Positions 24,974 to 34,603 of a DNA stretch of 61,790 bases are shown here, one piece after another. The notes beneath the pieces were generated by a model that was not told the origin of the DNA, searched no databases, and worked only from the letters and a program-made list of their open reading frames with translations. How positions within the stretch are numbered: the stretch's first letter is position 1; each line of letters begins with the position of its first letter. The position numbers were made by a program, and so were the translations under genes. This stretch comes from Paraliomyxa miuraensis (GTDB taxonomy: Bacteria; Myxococcota_A; Polyangia; Nannocystales; Nannocystaceae), in the NCBI RefSeq assembly GCF_026337845.1, contig NZ_JAOVZF010000146.1, positions 185,015-246,804 of the forward strand, read 5' to 3'.

Positions 24974-27048
24974 TGGAGAGCAGGCGCCCCATGCACGCGC
25001 CGGGCTCCTCCGTCGAAGGCTGGGACCGCCGAAGCTGGGCGTGGCTGCTGGTGGTGCTCGCGGCCGGGGCGGTGGTGCTGCTGTGGGGGCTGGAGGGCGG
25101 GACCATGCGGGTCTACGACGAAGGCCTCTACGGCCAGCTCGGGCGCAACGCCCTGGAGCACGGCCAGTTCATGCATGCGGTGGATCGGGAGGGAGGGCTC
25201 TACCCGGGATTCACCAAGCCGCCGCTGTCCATCGCCTGCGTGGCGCTGTCGTTTCGCGCGCTGGGGGTCTCGATGTTGGCGCTGCGACTGCCGTTTGCCC
25301 TGTCGATGCTGGGGCTGTGCGCGGTGGCCTTTTGTTGGGGGCGCCGGATCGGGGGCCTGGCGATGGCGGTGGGCTGGGCCGGGTGCCTGCTGGGGGTGGC
25401 GGCGTGCATGCGCTGGGGCCGAGTGGCGTGCGTCGAGCCGATGCTGATGCTGTGGATCGTGCTGGGGCTGTGGGCCTACCACGAGGCGCTGGTGCGTCGG
25501 GGCGGCTCGGGCCTGCTGTGGGCGGTGGGGGCCGGCGTGGCGCTGGCGCTGGCGATGGCGACCAAGCAGGTGGTGGTGGGGCTGGCGGTGGTGCCGATCG
25601 TGGGGCTCGAGCTGCATCGTCGCGAGGGGCGGCGGGCGCTTCCGCGGCTCGCCCTCGCGCTGGGACCCGCGGTGGTCGTGGGCGTGGCATGGCTTTGGTG
25701 GATGACGAGCCGCTTTGGCGACGCGGCGATCGACCTCTACGTGCGCACGGGCGTGGTGCGGCGCGTCGCCGGGTTCGAGTCGGGACACGGGGCGCGCTCG
25801 CTCAACGAGCTGGCGCGCACGGTGAGCGAGGCGTGCGAGCCGTTCCCCTGGGTGCTGGGGGTGGCGGGGCTGGTGTTGCTGCTGTTGATGCGCCCCGCGG
25901 ATGACCGACGTGACGATGGCGCGCCGTTGCTGGCGGGGCTGCTGGTGACGGCGGTGGTGGTCTACGACAATCTGTCGCAGTCGCTGGTACCCTGGTATGC
26001 GCTCGACGTGGTGGTGCCGCTGACGGCGGGGCTCGGGTTCCTGGTGGCGGGGGTGGTGGAGACCCGCGGGGATCGACTGGGGATGGCGCGGACGGCCGGC
26101 GGTGTGCTCGCCCTGGGGGTGGGTGCGGTGGGGATGTTGGGGTCGGTGGTGTCGCAGCTCGACGTGGCGGTGCTCGTGGGCGTGGCGGCGCTGGGGGTGA
26201 TGCGACGCCCGGCGCTCGCCGGAGCGGGGCGCGTGGCGCTGATGGGGGCGGCGGCGGTGGCGTTCGTGGTGGGTACCCTGCACGATCCCACGCTGTGGCT
26301 TCCGCCCGGTGGCCACGAGCAGCTCATGCGGACGCTGGCGGCCCGCGGGGTGACGAGGGTCGACGTGGACGCCGACACCAGGCTCGGCGGCGAGTACCCG
26401 CTGGTGACCTACTATGGCCCTGCGGCCCGGGTGGTGAGGCGGCCGCCGTGGCGGGGTGAGGGCGACGAGGCCCCGCAGGCGTATGTGACGAGTGCGCTGT
26501 GGCCCCTGGAGCTGCATCCCGAGGATGGCAGCGAGATCGTGCGCGCGCCGGGGGTGATGGCGTTCTTGGGCGGGGATCCGCGCCGTGCTGCGTGGACCTC
26601 CGCAACGCTCGATGCGTTGCTCGACGCCGGCCCGCTGACCTTCGAGGCCGAGCACATGCCGAGCCAGCGCGATGACACGCTCCGGTCCGATCCGACGGCC
26701 TCGGGCGGTCGCGTCCGTGCACGGGTGCCCGATGGGCCGCGCGAGAGTCCGTTCGTGCTGACGCATGGCCCCGACCTCGGGCTGCCCAGGGGGCGCTACG
26801 TGGCGAGGTTCTGGCTGCGCTGGGATTGCGGTGGTGCGGTGGGCGGGCAGCCGGCGGCGCAGGTGCGGGTGATCGCGAGCAACGCGATCGTGGCCGAGCG
26901 CGAGGTGGGCTGCGAGGACGGCGAGCCGTCTGGCGGCTTCGAGCCGGTCGAGGTCGACGTGGTGCTCCCGCGCAAGGCGGTGGTGGAGCTGCGGGTGCAC
27001 TACGTCTCGGGCGCGGTGTGGCACGATCGCACCGAGCTCGTCCGATGA
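24973..27048 (+). CDS. Glycosyltransferase family 39 (ArnT/PMT-like) integral membrane protein
   Basis: N-terminal multi-TM domain with 'RVYDEGLYGQLGRNALEHGQFMHAV...GFTKPPL' (DE-motif loop typical of GT-C/GT39) and a long C-terminal soluble domain. Start is GTG 24970 or ATG 24973, overlapping the envC-like stop. Confidence 0.8.
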   Translation: MESRRPMHAPGSSVEGWDRRSWAWLLVVLAAGAVVLLWGLEGGTMRVYDEGLYGQLGRNALEHGQFMHAVDREGGLYPGFTKPPLSIACVALSFRALGVSMLALRLPFALSMLGLCAVAFCWGRRIGGLAMAVGWAGCLLGVAACMRWGRVACVEPMLMLWIVLGLWAYHEALVRRGGSGLLWAVGAGVALALAMATKQVVVGLAVVPIVGLELHRREGRRALPRLALALGPAVVVGVAWLWWMTSRFGDAAIDLYVRTGVVRRVAGFESGHGARSLNELARTVSEACEPFPWVLGVAGLVLLLLMRPADDRRDDGAPLLAGLLVTAVVVYDNLSQSLVPWYALDVVVPLTAGLGFLVAGVVETRGDRLGMARTAGGVLALGVGAVGMLGSVVSQLDVAVLVGVAALGVMRRPALAGAGRVALMGAAAVAFVVGTLHDPTLWLPPGGHEQLMRTLAARGVTRVDVDADTRLGGEYPLVTYYGPAARVVRRPPWRGEGDEAPQAYVTSALWPLELHPEDGSEIVRAPGVMAFLGGDPRRAAWTSATLDALLDAGPLTFEAEHMPSQRDDTLRSDPTASGGRVRARVPDGPRESPFVLTHGPDLGLPRGRYVARFWLRWDCGGAVGGQPAAQVRVIASNAIVAEREVGCEDGEPSGGFEPVEVDVVLPRKAVVELRVHYVSGAVWHDRTELVR

Positions 27049-27965
27049 ACGCCCCGCTGCTGCCCCCGCTGGCCGACCTGCACCGCCACCTCGATGGCTC
27101 GCTGCGCCCGAGCACCTTCGCCGAGCTCGCAGCGCCGCTCGGACTCACGATCCCCGAGGACTTCGGCTTCCATCCCGGCATGGGCTTGCAAGCCGCGCTC
27201 GATTGCTTCGGGCTCACCCTGCGCGTGCTGCAGACGCCGGCGGCGGTGGAGCGGGTGGCGTGCGAGATCTGCGAGGACGCCCGGGCCTCGGGGGTGAGCA
27301 CGCTGGAGCTGCGCTTCGCCCCCCAGCTCCACCAGGCGGCCGGTGCCTCGATGGACTCGATCCTCGACGCCGCGGTGGCGGGCTGTGCGGGGCGAGCCGG
27401 GATCATCCTGTGCGGTCTCTACGGTGACCCGCCGGAGCTGGTCGAGCAGCTGGTCGCGCTCGCCCGGCCCCGCCGCGGCGTGGTGGGGCTCGATCTGGCG
27501 GGTGGCCCCGCGCCGGGTCATCGCTTCGGCATGGAGGCCTACGTGCCGGCGTTTCGTCGTGCGCGCGACCTCGGGCTGGGCCGTACCGTTCACGCAGGGG
27601 AAGGGCGGCCTCCGGCGGAGCTCCGCGTGGCGATCGAGCTGCTGCTGGCGCAGCGGATCGGTCACGGCACGACCCTGCTCGAGGACCCGGCCGTGACCGC
27701 GCTGGTGATCGAGCGCGGGGTGACCCTCGAGGCCTGCGTGACCTCCAACCTGCACACCGGGGTGATCCCGAGCATCACCGCGCACCCGATCGCCTCGTGG
27801 ATGGCCCGGGGAGTGCGGGTCTGCATCGCGACCGACAACACCTCGATGTCGCACGTGGACGCGCCACGGGAGCACGCGCGCGTGGCCGAGATTCCCGGCA
27901 TGACGCGGGCTCGGCTGCACCAGGCCATCGCCCAGGGCCATGCCGCCGCGTTCGACCGGCGATGA
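27045..27965 (+). CDS. add: Adenosine deaminase family protein
   Basis: 'LADLHRHLDGSLRP' (HxHxDG metal-binding start), 'GLDLAGGP', 'TVHAGEG', 'RIGHG', 'CIATDNTSMSH'. ATGA overlap with the upstream gene. Confidence 0.8.
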   Translation: MNAPLLPPLADLHRHLDGSLRPSTFAELAAPLGLTIPEDFGFHPGMGLQAALDCFGLTLRVLQTPAAVERVACEICEDARASGVSTLELRFAPQLHQAAGASMDSILDAAVAGCAGRAGIILCGLYGDPPELVEQLVALARPRRGVVGLDLAGGPAPGHRFGMEAYVPAFRRARDLGLGRTVHAGEGRPPAELRVAIELLLAQRIGHGTTLLEDPAVTALVIERGVTLEACVTSNLHTGVIPSITAHPIASWMARGVRVCIATDNTSMSHVDAPREHARVAEIPGMTRARLHQAIAQGHAAAFDRR

Positions 27966-27969
27966 GGCT

Positions 27970-28923
27970 ATGATGCGCCCGATGGTGCCCCCGCTTCGCT
28001 CCGCCCCGTTGCGCTCCACCCTCGGGCTGGCCCTGGTGCTGGCCTTCATGCCGGCCTGCGACCAGCGCAGCGACGAGGAGCTGCGCTCGATGATGAGCGA
28101 GGTGGCGTCGAGCCAGGTGAGCGCGGTCGAGAGCAAGCTCGGCGCGGCCAACGACGACCAGACGCGCCGGCTCGAGACGCTCGAGCGCGAGGTCGCGGAG
28201 CTGCAAGGGCAGCTCGCCGGGCTCGAGGGGCAGCTCGCAGGGGCGAAGGCGGAGCTCGAGGAACTCGGCAAGGCGCCGCCTCCCAAGCCGACCACGCCCA
28301 GCATGGCGGGCCGGCCCGATCCCGCGTCGACCTATCGCGTGGAGCTCGGCGACGCGCAGACGATCGGACCCGCCGACGCGCTGGTCACCATCGTCACGTT
28401 CTCCGACTTCCAGTGCCCGTTCTGCTCGCGGGTGTCTCCCACGATTGCCGAGCTGCGCAAGTCCAACGGCGACGACCTACGCTACGCGTTCAAGCACAAC
28501 CCGCTGGGCTTCCACAAGGACGCGCGGGCGGCTGCGATCGCGGCCGAGGCGGCGGGGGAGCAGGGCAAGTTCTGGGAGATGCACGACAAGCTGTTCGAGA
28601 ACCAGCGCTCGCTGACCGAGTCGAACTTCGTGGCGTGGGCGCGCGAGCTGGGCCTGAACGTCAAGCAGTTCGAGCGCGATCTCGCGAGCACCGCGATCGC
28701 CGACCGGGTCGATCGCCACCAGCGGCAGGCCAACGATCTCGGCGCGCGCGGCACTCCGGCGTTCTTCATCAACGGGCGCTTCTTGTCGGGTGCGCAGCCG
28801 CGCGAGAGCTTTCAGCGGCTCATCGACGAGGAGAAGGCCAAGGCCGCGGCCAAGGTCGCGACCGGAACCCCGCGCTCGGGCGTCTACGCGGCGATGATCG
28901 CGGGCGGCAAGACCGAGCCCTGA
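27970..28923 (+). CDS. DsbA-family thiol:disulfide oxidoreductase lipoprotein
   Basis: Lipobox 'LVLAFMPAC', coiled-coil linker, thioredoxin-fold motif 'FSDFQCPFCSR', C-terminal 'RGTPAFFINGRFLSG'. Confidence 0.8.
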   Translation: MMRPMVPPLRSAPLRSTLGLALVLAFMPACDQRSDEELRSMMSEVASSQVSAVESKLGAANDDQTRRLETLEREVAELQGQLAGLEGQLAGAKAELEELGKAPPPKPTTPSMAGRPDPASTYRVELGDAQTIGPADALVTIVTFSDFQCPFCSRVSPTIAELRKSNGDDLRYAFKHNPLGFHKDARAAAIAAEAAGEQGKFWEMHDKLFENQRSLTESNFVAWARELGLNVKQFERDLASTAIADRVDRHQRQANDLGARGTPAFFINGRFLSGAQPRESFQRLIDEEKAKAAAKVATGTPRSGVYAAMIAGGKTEP

Positions 28924-28975
28924 AGACTCGGGCGCAGGCGATCGCGGCGGCGGGGATCGGCCTACGCAGGGGTGC

Positions 28976-30199
28976 TCAGGTCACGGCTGGCTCGCGAAGG
29001 AGACCCGGGCTCCACGCCAGCCCCACCGCGAGCAGGCTGACCACGCCGCCGAGCACGAAGTTGGGACCGTAGCCGAGCCAGTGCGCGGTGAACCCACCGA
29101 GCGCGGCGGAGCCCAGCGAGGCGAGCACCACGAGCGAGGCCTGCAGGGTGTAGTCGGTGGCCGCGTGCTCGGGGCGGCAGCGGTCCATCATCAGGGTGAA
29201 CAGGGCGGCGGTGGCCAGGCCGCTGGCGAGGTGTTCGAACACGACGGGGCCGTAGAGCTGCATGGGCCCTGCGCTGGGATCCACGCTGAGCGCGTAGCTG
29301 GCGACCGAGAGCGCCTGCAGGGTGCCGAACCCGAGCAGCGCACGCCTTCGCCCCAGGCGCTCCACCAAGGCGCCGCCGAGCAGCGCGCCGCACAGGCCCG
29401 CGCAAAAGCCCACCGTGCCGAGCAGGAGCCCCAGGTCGGCCAGGCCCAGGCCGCGGTCGACGTAGAACGGGCGCAGCATGCTGGTGCCGAGATAGTCGCC
29501 GGCCTTGTAGACGACCAGCACCGCGAGCCATCGTCGTCGCGCGGGGTCGGCCGCGAAGCGGCGCAGTGAGTCGAGCACGCTGGGCTCGGAGGTCGTGGGG
29601 CGCGGGCGCGGTGGCTCGCAAAATCGCCACACGGGGATGGTCGCGAGCAGCAGGATCCCGGCGGCGCAGGTGAAGGTCCACGCCCAGCCCCAGTGCTCGA
29701 ATGCGACGAGCAAGGCGCCGCCGCCCACGATCATCCCCACGCGATAGCCGGCCACCTGTACTCCGTTGCCCAGGCCGCGCTCGTGCCGAGCCAACAGATC
29801 GACGGCGAGGCCGTCGGTGGCGATGTCCTGGGTGGCGGCCACCAGGTTGGTGAGCAGCACGCCGAGCATCAGCCAGGACAGCGAGTGCGAGGGATCGGCG
29901 AGGGCGAGCGAGAGCAGCACTACCACGCTGGTCAGCTGCAGCGGCACGATCCACGCCCGTCGCGAGCCATGGCGATCGACCATGGGCGCCCACAGGGCCT
30001 TGAGCGCCCATGGCAGGGCGAGCAGGGTGCTGCTTCCGATCACCGCCAGCGACACGCCTTGCTGGCGCATCACCGCGGGCAGGGCCTGGGTGAAGAACCC
30101 GAACGGCAGGCCCTGCGAGAGGTAGAGCGCGGTGAGCAGGCCGAGCTTGCGCGGAGTGGTGAGCGACACGGGCGAGGCTATTTGGATCGGGCTCATCAT
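28976..30199 (-). CDS. MFS transporter (AmpG/LplT-like)
   Basis: Internal ATG at 30199 (MMSPIQIASP...). 12 predicted TM helices. 'LALPWALKALWAPMVDRHG' is a typical AmpG-family motif. ATGA overlap with the upstream TetR gene. Confidence 0.8.
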   Translation of the reverse strand: MMSPIQIASPVSLTTPRKLGLLTALYLSQGLPFGFFTQALPAVMRQQGVSLAVIGSSTLLALPWALKALWAPMVDRHGSRRAWIVPLQLTSVVVLLSLALADPSHSLSWLMLGVLLTNLVAATQDIATDGLAVDLLARHERGLGNGVQVAGYRVGMIVGGGALLVAFEHWGWAWTFTCAAGILLLATIPVWRFCEPPRPRPTTSEPSVLDSLRRFAADPARRRWLAVLVVYKAGDYLGTSMLRPFYVDRGLGLADLGLLLGTVGFCAGLCGALLGGALVERLGRRRALLGFGTLQALSVASYALSVDPSAGPMQLYGPVVFEHLASGLATAALFTLMMDRCRPEHAATDYTLQASLVVLASLGSAALGGFTAHWLGYGPNFVLGGVVSLLAVGLAWSPGLLREPAVT

Positions 30200-30795
30200 C
30201 CACGCCTCCCGGTCAGCGTGCGCCGCAACGAGCGGCGCAGCTCGGGGGCGGCGCTGCCCGGGGGGACGACCTTGGTGCTGGCCGCGAGCTGGTAGTAGCC
30301 CTCGATCGTGGCCAGGGTGAGCACGGCCAGGCCCTGGGCATCGACGCGCACGTCGTGCTCGCGGGCGACCTCGTGCAGCAGCGCGGTGAGCTGCTGCAGG
30401 CGGCGCTCGACCACCGCCCGGTAGCGCTCGCGCACGTCGTCGTCCTTGAGGGCCTGGGCGCCGATCCACACCCAGGCGGCCACCGCGTCGGGCTCGGCAT
30501 CGTCGCCCTGGGCGAGGTGGGCGTCGATCCAGGCCTCGAGCCGCCCCCACGCCCCGCGGCGGCGGGCCGACTGGCGCTCGTATCGGGAGGTAACCAGCAC
30601 CTCGAGGTGGTCGAGCAGCGCGTGGAGGATCTCCGCCTTGTTGCCGAAGTGGTGGTGCAGCAGGCCCGCGGCGAGCCCGGCCTCCTTGGCGATGGCCTGG
30701 ACGGAGGCGCCGTCGAAGCCGGTGCGCGCCATCACCCGGAGGGTGGCCTCGACGATCTGCAGGCGGCGCTCGGAGGCGTTGGAGGGGCGGCCCAT
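30196..30795 (-). CDS. TetR/AcrR-family transcriptional regulator
   Basis: HTH 'ERRLQIVEATLRVMARTGFDGASVQAIAKEAGLAAGLLHHHFGNKAEIL'. Start ATG 30795 (MGRPSNASE...). Confidence 0.8.
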   Translation of the reverse strand: MGRPSNASERRLQIVEATLRVMARTGFDGASVQAIAKEAGLAAGLLHHHFGNKAEILHALLDHLEVLVTSRYERQSARRRGAWGRLEAWIDAHLAQGDDAEPDAVAAWVWIGAQALKDDDVRERYRAVVERRLQQLTALLHEVAREHDVRVDAQGLAVLTLATIEGYYQLAASTKVVPPGSAAPELRRSLRRTLTGRRG

Positions 30796-30832
30796 AAGTT
30801 GATTGTATAACCAACCAATGAACGACGGAGAA

Positions 30833-30850
30833 GGACCCCGCAAGTGCGGG
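30833..30850 (-). terminator. GC hairpin (CCCCGCA-agt-GCGGGG) downstream of abiEii, possible operon terminator
   Basis: 7-bp perfect stem followed on the minus strand by a moderately T-rich tract (ttctccgtcgttcattggtt). Confidence 0.3.
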
Positions 30851-30968
30851 GACTCCGCGGCTCTTCAGGAGGCCGCGCATGCTCGATGGGACGGGTGATA
30901 CGAAACGCCGGTGATTATGAGCGATGTTTAAACGTTTCGTATCGTACGTCCGATTGTCTCCACGACCA

Positions 30969-31895
30969 CTACTCCGGATTCGATCGCCACGGACCGCCCG
31001 CTTGCCATCGAGTCGCGGGAAACGCCGAAGCCTGGGCGGCCATCCGAAGCGGCATCTCGACGAATGCGGCGATCGTGGTGATCGTGTCTGACAAGCTGCC
31101 AGCATCGACCGCACCCGACTTGCGAACGAAGCCGGTCCACTGAACGTTCTTGCCTGCGTCATCGGCAAACGCCGTCGTGAGTGCAAGTGGAAGTCCCCGG
31201 GGCAGTGGCGTTCGTCGTCGCTCGAATGTTGTTCGAATGGCGCGCGACAGCACTCGTCCGTCGAAGTCGAACATCCTCGCGATCAAGGCGAGGTCGTAGA
31301 AGTCCTTCATTCGGCTGTTGGCCATTCCGAGCTGCACCATGGCTTCGAGCTTCTCTGCGACGACCGTCTCGCGCGGGTACACTCGCAGCCGAGGCGCAGG
31401 GAAATCGAGTAGCGACGGAAGTTCGACCAGCACCGCCTTCGGCGTGATCGCATCCCCGAAGCCCACATCGACCTGTAGCCGCAGCTTCGCGGACGTGACG
31501 TGGGCGATGACCTCGACCCGGACACCACCGTATACTTGGTCCTCGCGAATGGGTCCGACTTCCATGGAATTCGGATCGAACACGACACCGTCCTCGACGG
31601 TGGGCGCCAAGACCTGCGTGAAGACCTCGCGAATGTGCGCCTCACTGCAATCGCCGAGGCCAAGAAGATCCACGTCTCGCGTGGCTCGGTGGGGCTTGCC
31701 GGTCCAGAACGTGAACAGAGCAGCGCCCTTGAGCACGAAGGAGCGCCCATGCGGCGATGCTCCGAGTCGGAAGAGGAGGCGCTCATTGGCATAGCGCGTG
31801 AGCAGACGCTGAAAGTCCTCGCCGTGCGCGCGCGCCAGCCGAAGCAGACGACCACGTACCGACGCGCCACGATCCCTGGGCGGCTGTTTCGTCAT
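30969..31895 (-). CDS. AbiEii/AbiGii-family nucleotidyltransferase toxin (type IV TA system)
   Basis: Internal ATG 31895 (MTKQPPRDRGASVRGRLLRLA...). DUF1814/AbiEii hallmarks: 'FVLKGAALFTFWTGKPHRATRDVDLLGLG', 'GVRVEV'. ATGA overlap with the abiEi stop. Local GC about 60%. Confidence 0.8.
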   Translation of the reverse strand: MTKQPPRDRGASVRGRLLRLARAHGEDFQRLLTRYANERLLFRLGASPHGRSFVLKGAALFTFWTGKPHRATRDVDLLGLGDCSEAHIREVFTQVLAPTVEDGVVFDPNSMEVGPIREDQVYGGVRVEVIAHVTSAKLRLQVDVGFGDAITPKAVLVELPSLLDFPAPRLRVYPRETVVAEKLEAMVQLGMANSRMKDFYDLALIARMFDFDGRVLSRAIRTTFERRRTPLPRGLPLALTTAFADDAGKNVQWTGFVRKSGAVDAGSLSDTITTIAAFVEMPLRMAAQASAFPATRWQAGGPWRSNPE

Positions 31896-32500
31896 GCAAG
31901 CGCCTCGACGTACGGACGCATGACCGTCTGGATGCGGTCGGCACGGGCCGCATCCATCAGAGCGTCGAGCCCGCTTCGCCGCTGGCGAAGGTAGGCCCGA
32001 AGGGCTGCGATCGCGACGTCGAGACCGACGTGGCGTCGGTATCGAAAGCAGTCGGCGACGGTCTTGGCCGGAGTCGTGAGCCGCAGCTCCACACCCTCGA
32101 TCGTTCGTGTCTCGATGCCATGCTCGCGCGCGGCACCGCTGGCACGAACGACCTCGAGCCTTGGGTACTCGATCTTCGGCGTACGCGCGTGCCCGTCGAT
32201 GAGTATCCACACCGCGTGCGGTGCCTCGGTGGTCAGCCCGTGGACCTGCAGTGCGCTCAGCAGACAGATGATGGCGTGAGGCACACGCTTGGCCACCTGG
32301 GCGAGTGAGTGGAGCTCGGTGACGGGTGCGTCGACGAGTCGATAGAGTCCGCGGTCGACCTGCTCGAGCACGCCACGTTCACAGAGGCGTCCGAGATAGG
32401 CACGTGGGATACCCGCTCGATCGAGGTCGCGCGCGCGTATCGGCCCCAGCTGGGCGAGCCGGAGCAGCGCTTCGGTCTTCGTTGGCGGGTTCTGCGGCAT
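31892..32500 (-). CDS. AbiEi-family antitoxin/transcriptional regulator (type IV TA system)
   Basis: 202 aa with an N-terminal wHTH region and a C-terminal domain typical of AbiEi_4. Sits immediately upstream of, and translationally coupled to, the AbiEii gene. Confidence 0.8.
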   Translation of the reverse strand: MPQNPPTKTEALLRLAQLGPIRARDLDRAGIPRAYLGRLCERGVLEQVDRGLYRLVDAPVTELHSLAQVAKRVPHAIICLLSALQVHGLTTEAPHAVWILIDGHARTPKIEYPRLEVVRASGAAREHGIETRTIEGVELRLTTPAKTVADCFRYRRHVGLDVAIAALRAYLRQRRSGLDALMDAARADRIQTVMRPYVEALA

Positions 32501-32544
32501 GATACTTGACGTCGGCTATTGACGCTTTTAACATGCACTTCGTA

Positions 32545-33204
32545 TCAATCGCCGTCCAGCTCGCTCTTCCGTAGCTCCCTGACCTCCCGGGCCCAGCGCT
32601 CGAGGTCCTCGACCGAGACCTCGGGAGCCTCGCCGCCGCGAGCCCCGACGTAGGCGAGCAGCTCGCGCTGGACCTGCTCGCGCAGGCGCTGGAGCCCTCG
32701 CTGGAGACGCCCGCGCACGGTGCCCTCGGGGATGCCGAGCACCTCGCCGATCTCGCGGCCGCTGAGGCCGTCGAAGTACATCAGCTCGAGCACCACCTGG
32801 TCGCCCACGGGGATCCGGCGCAGCGACTGCACGAATGCCTGCGCCTCGCGGCGACGCATGACGATCGAGGAGGCCGAGCGCGGGTCGAGCTCGTGCACGC
32901 ACACGGTGGCGAAGTCGAGCTGCTCGCGCTGGCGCTTGCTCTTCTTGCGGATGTACGTGTAGAGCACGTTGTTGGCCACGCGAAACAGGAAGCGCCGCAC
33001 GCTGGTCTCGCCGCGAAAGCCCTCGGCGGCCTGAAGGCACCCGAGGAAGGTCTGGCTCACCAGGTCGGCCACGTCGGTCTCGTTGCAGACCTTGTTGCGG
33101 AAGAACCAGGTGATCTCGCCGATGCGGCGGCGCACCAGCGCGTTGCCGGCCTCGCGGTCACCGCCCTGCCAGCGCTCCAGCAGCTCGCGATCGGGGTCGC
33201 TCAC
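32545..33204 (-). CDS. ECF (sigma-24 type) RNA polymerase sigma factor
   Basis: Region 2 'ELLERWQGGDREAGNALVRRRIGEITWFF', region 4 HTH 'LELMYFDGLSGREIGEVLGIPEGTVRGRLQRG'. GTG start at 33204. Confidence 0.75.
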   Translation of the reverse strand: MSDPDRELLERWQGGDREAGNALVRRRIGEITWFFRNKVCNETDVADLVSQTFLGCLQAAEGFRGETSVRRFLFRVANNVLYTYIRKKSKRQREQLDFATVCVHELDPRSASSIVMRRREAQAFVQSLRRIPVGDQVVLELMYFDGLSGREIGEVLGIPEGTVRGRLQRGLQRLREQVQRELLAYVGARGGEAPEVSVEDLERWAREVRELRKSELDGD

Positions 33205-33405
33205 CCGATGAAGCGTACACCCGGGCCCTGGGGCCGTCGTCGGGTGCGATCGTAGGCCCAGGAAAGCGAGATCACCCGGGTGCGCACGATTTGGCGGCCC
33301 GCTTCTCCAGGGGCCCGCTTCGGCGCTATCGTCGGCTCCGCGCCGCGCTCGGGGCCGTTCCCGAGGCACTCCTTTCGATTCGCGGCGCGGGGAGAAGGAC
33401 GCACG

Positions 33406-34518
33406 ATGAAGGTCAAGGCCGCCGTTGCTCATGCCGCAGGACAACCGCTCACGATCGAGGAGGTCGACCTCGACGGACCCCGCGCTGGCGAGGTGCTCAT
33501 CGAGATCAAGGCGACCGGGGTGTGCCACACCGACGCTTACACGCTGTCGGGTGCCGACCCCGAGGGGCTGTTTCCCAGCGTGCTCGGACACGAGGGTGCT
33601 GGCGTGGTCGTGGACGTGGGACCCGGCGTGACCTCGCTGAAGAAGGGCGACCACGTGATCCCGCTCTACGTGCCGGAGTGTCGCCAGTGCGACTACTGCA
33701 CCTCGGGCAAGACCAACCTGTGCCAGGCGATCCGCTCCACCCAGGGCAATGGGCTGATGCCCGACGGCTCCTCGCGGTTCTCGGCCGAGGGCGGCAAGAC
33801 GCTGTTCCACTACATGGGCACCTCGACCTTCGCCCAGTACACGGTGGTGCCCGAGATCGCGGTGGCCAAGATCCGGCAGGACGCGCCGTTCGACAAGGTC
33901 TGCTACATCGGCTGCGGGGTCACCACGGGCATCGGCGCGGTGATCAACACGGCCAAGGTGGCGCCGGGTGACAACGTGGTGGTGTTCGGGCTCGGCGGCA
34001 TCGGGCTCAACGTGATCCAGGGCGCGCGCATGTCGGGTGCCAACATGATCGTGGGGGTCGACATCAACCCCGCCCGCAAGGCGCTGGGCGAGAAGTTCGG
34101 CATGACCCACTTCGTGAACCCGACCGAGGTGGAGGGCGACCTGGTGCCCTACCTGGTCGAGCTCACCAAGGGCGGCGCCGACTACTCGTTCGAGTGCGTG
34201 GGCAACGTGAAGGTGATGCGCCAGGCGCTCGAGTGCTGTCACAAGGGCTGGGGCACCTCGGTGATCATCGGGGTGGCCGGAGCCGGCGAGGAGATCGCGA
34301 CGCGCCCGTTCCAGCTGGTGACGGGCCGGGTGTGGAAGGGCACCGCCTTCGGTGGTGCCAAGGGCCGCACCGACGTGCCCAAGATCGTCGACTGGTACAT
34401 GGACGGGAAGATCGACATCGATCCGCTCATCACCCACACCATGCCGCTCGAGAAGATCAACGAGGCGTTCGAGCTGATGCACCACGGCGAGTCGATCCGC
34501 AGCGTGGTGGTGTTCTAG
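33406..34518 (+). CDS. frmA: S-(hydroxymethyl)glutathione dehydrogenase / class III alcohol dehydrogenase
   Basis: Zn-ADH motifs '[12 protein letters not shown]', 'GHEGAGVV', '[15 protein letters not shown]', NAD fold '[15 protein letters not shown]'. Shine-Dalgarno ggagaagga 7 nt upstream of ATG 33406. Confidence 0.9.
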   Translation: MKVKAAVAHAAGQPLTIEEVDLDGPRAGEVLIEIKATGVCHTDAYTLSGADPEGLFPSVLGHEGAGVVVDVGPGVTSLKKGDHVIPLYVPECRQCDYCTSGKTNLCQAIRSTQGNGLMPDGSSRFSAEGGKTLFHYMGTSTFAQYTVVPEIAVAKIRQDAPFDKVCYIGCGVTTGIGAVINTAKVAPGDNVVVFGLGGIGLNVIQGARMSGANMIVGVDINPARKALGEKFGMTHFVNPTEVEGDLVPYLVELTKGGADYSFECVGNVKVMRQALECCHKGWGTSVIIGVAGAGEEIATRPFQLVTGRVWKGTAFGGAKGRTDVPKIVDWYMDGKIDIDPLITHTMPLEKINEAFELMHHGESIRSVVVF

Positions 34519-34603
34519 GCGATCGGCGCCCAAGACGCCGGCGGGGCGACCCTCGACGGCGTTTGGTGGCCAACGGGGCGGGGTGGGGTAGGCTCGGGCG
34601 GCC

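Noticed and set aside
30880-30960. TetR operator assignment for the GATACGAAACG/CGTTTCGTATC inverted pair
   Set aside because: The pair lies about 100 bp from the TetR start and beyond a terminator-like hairpin. It is better explained together with the AbiE module (see finding), and the ambiguity remains.
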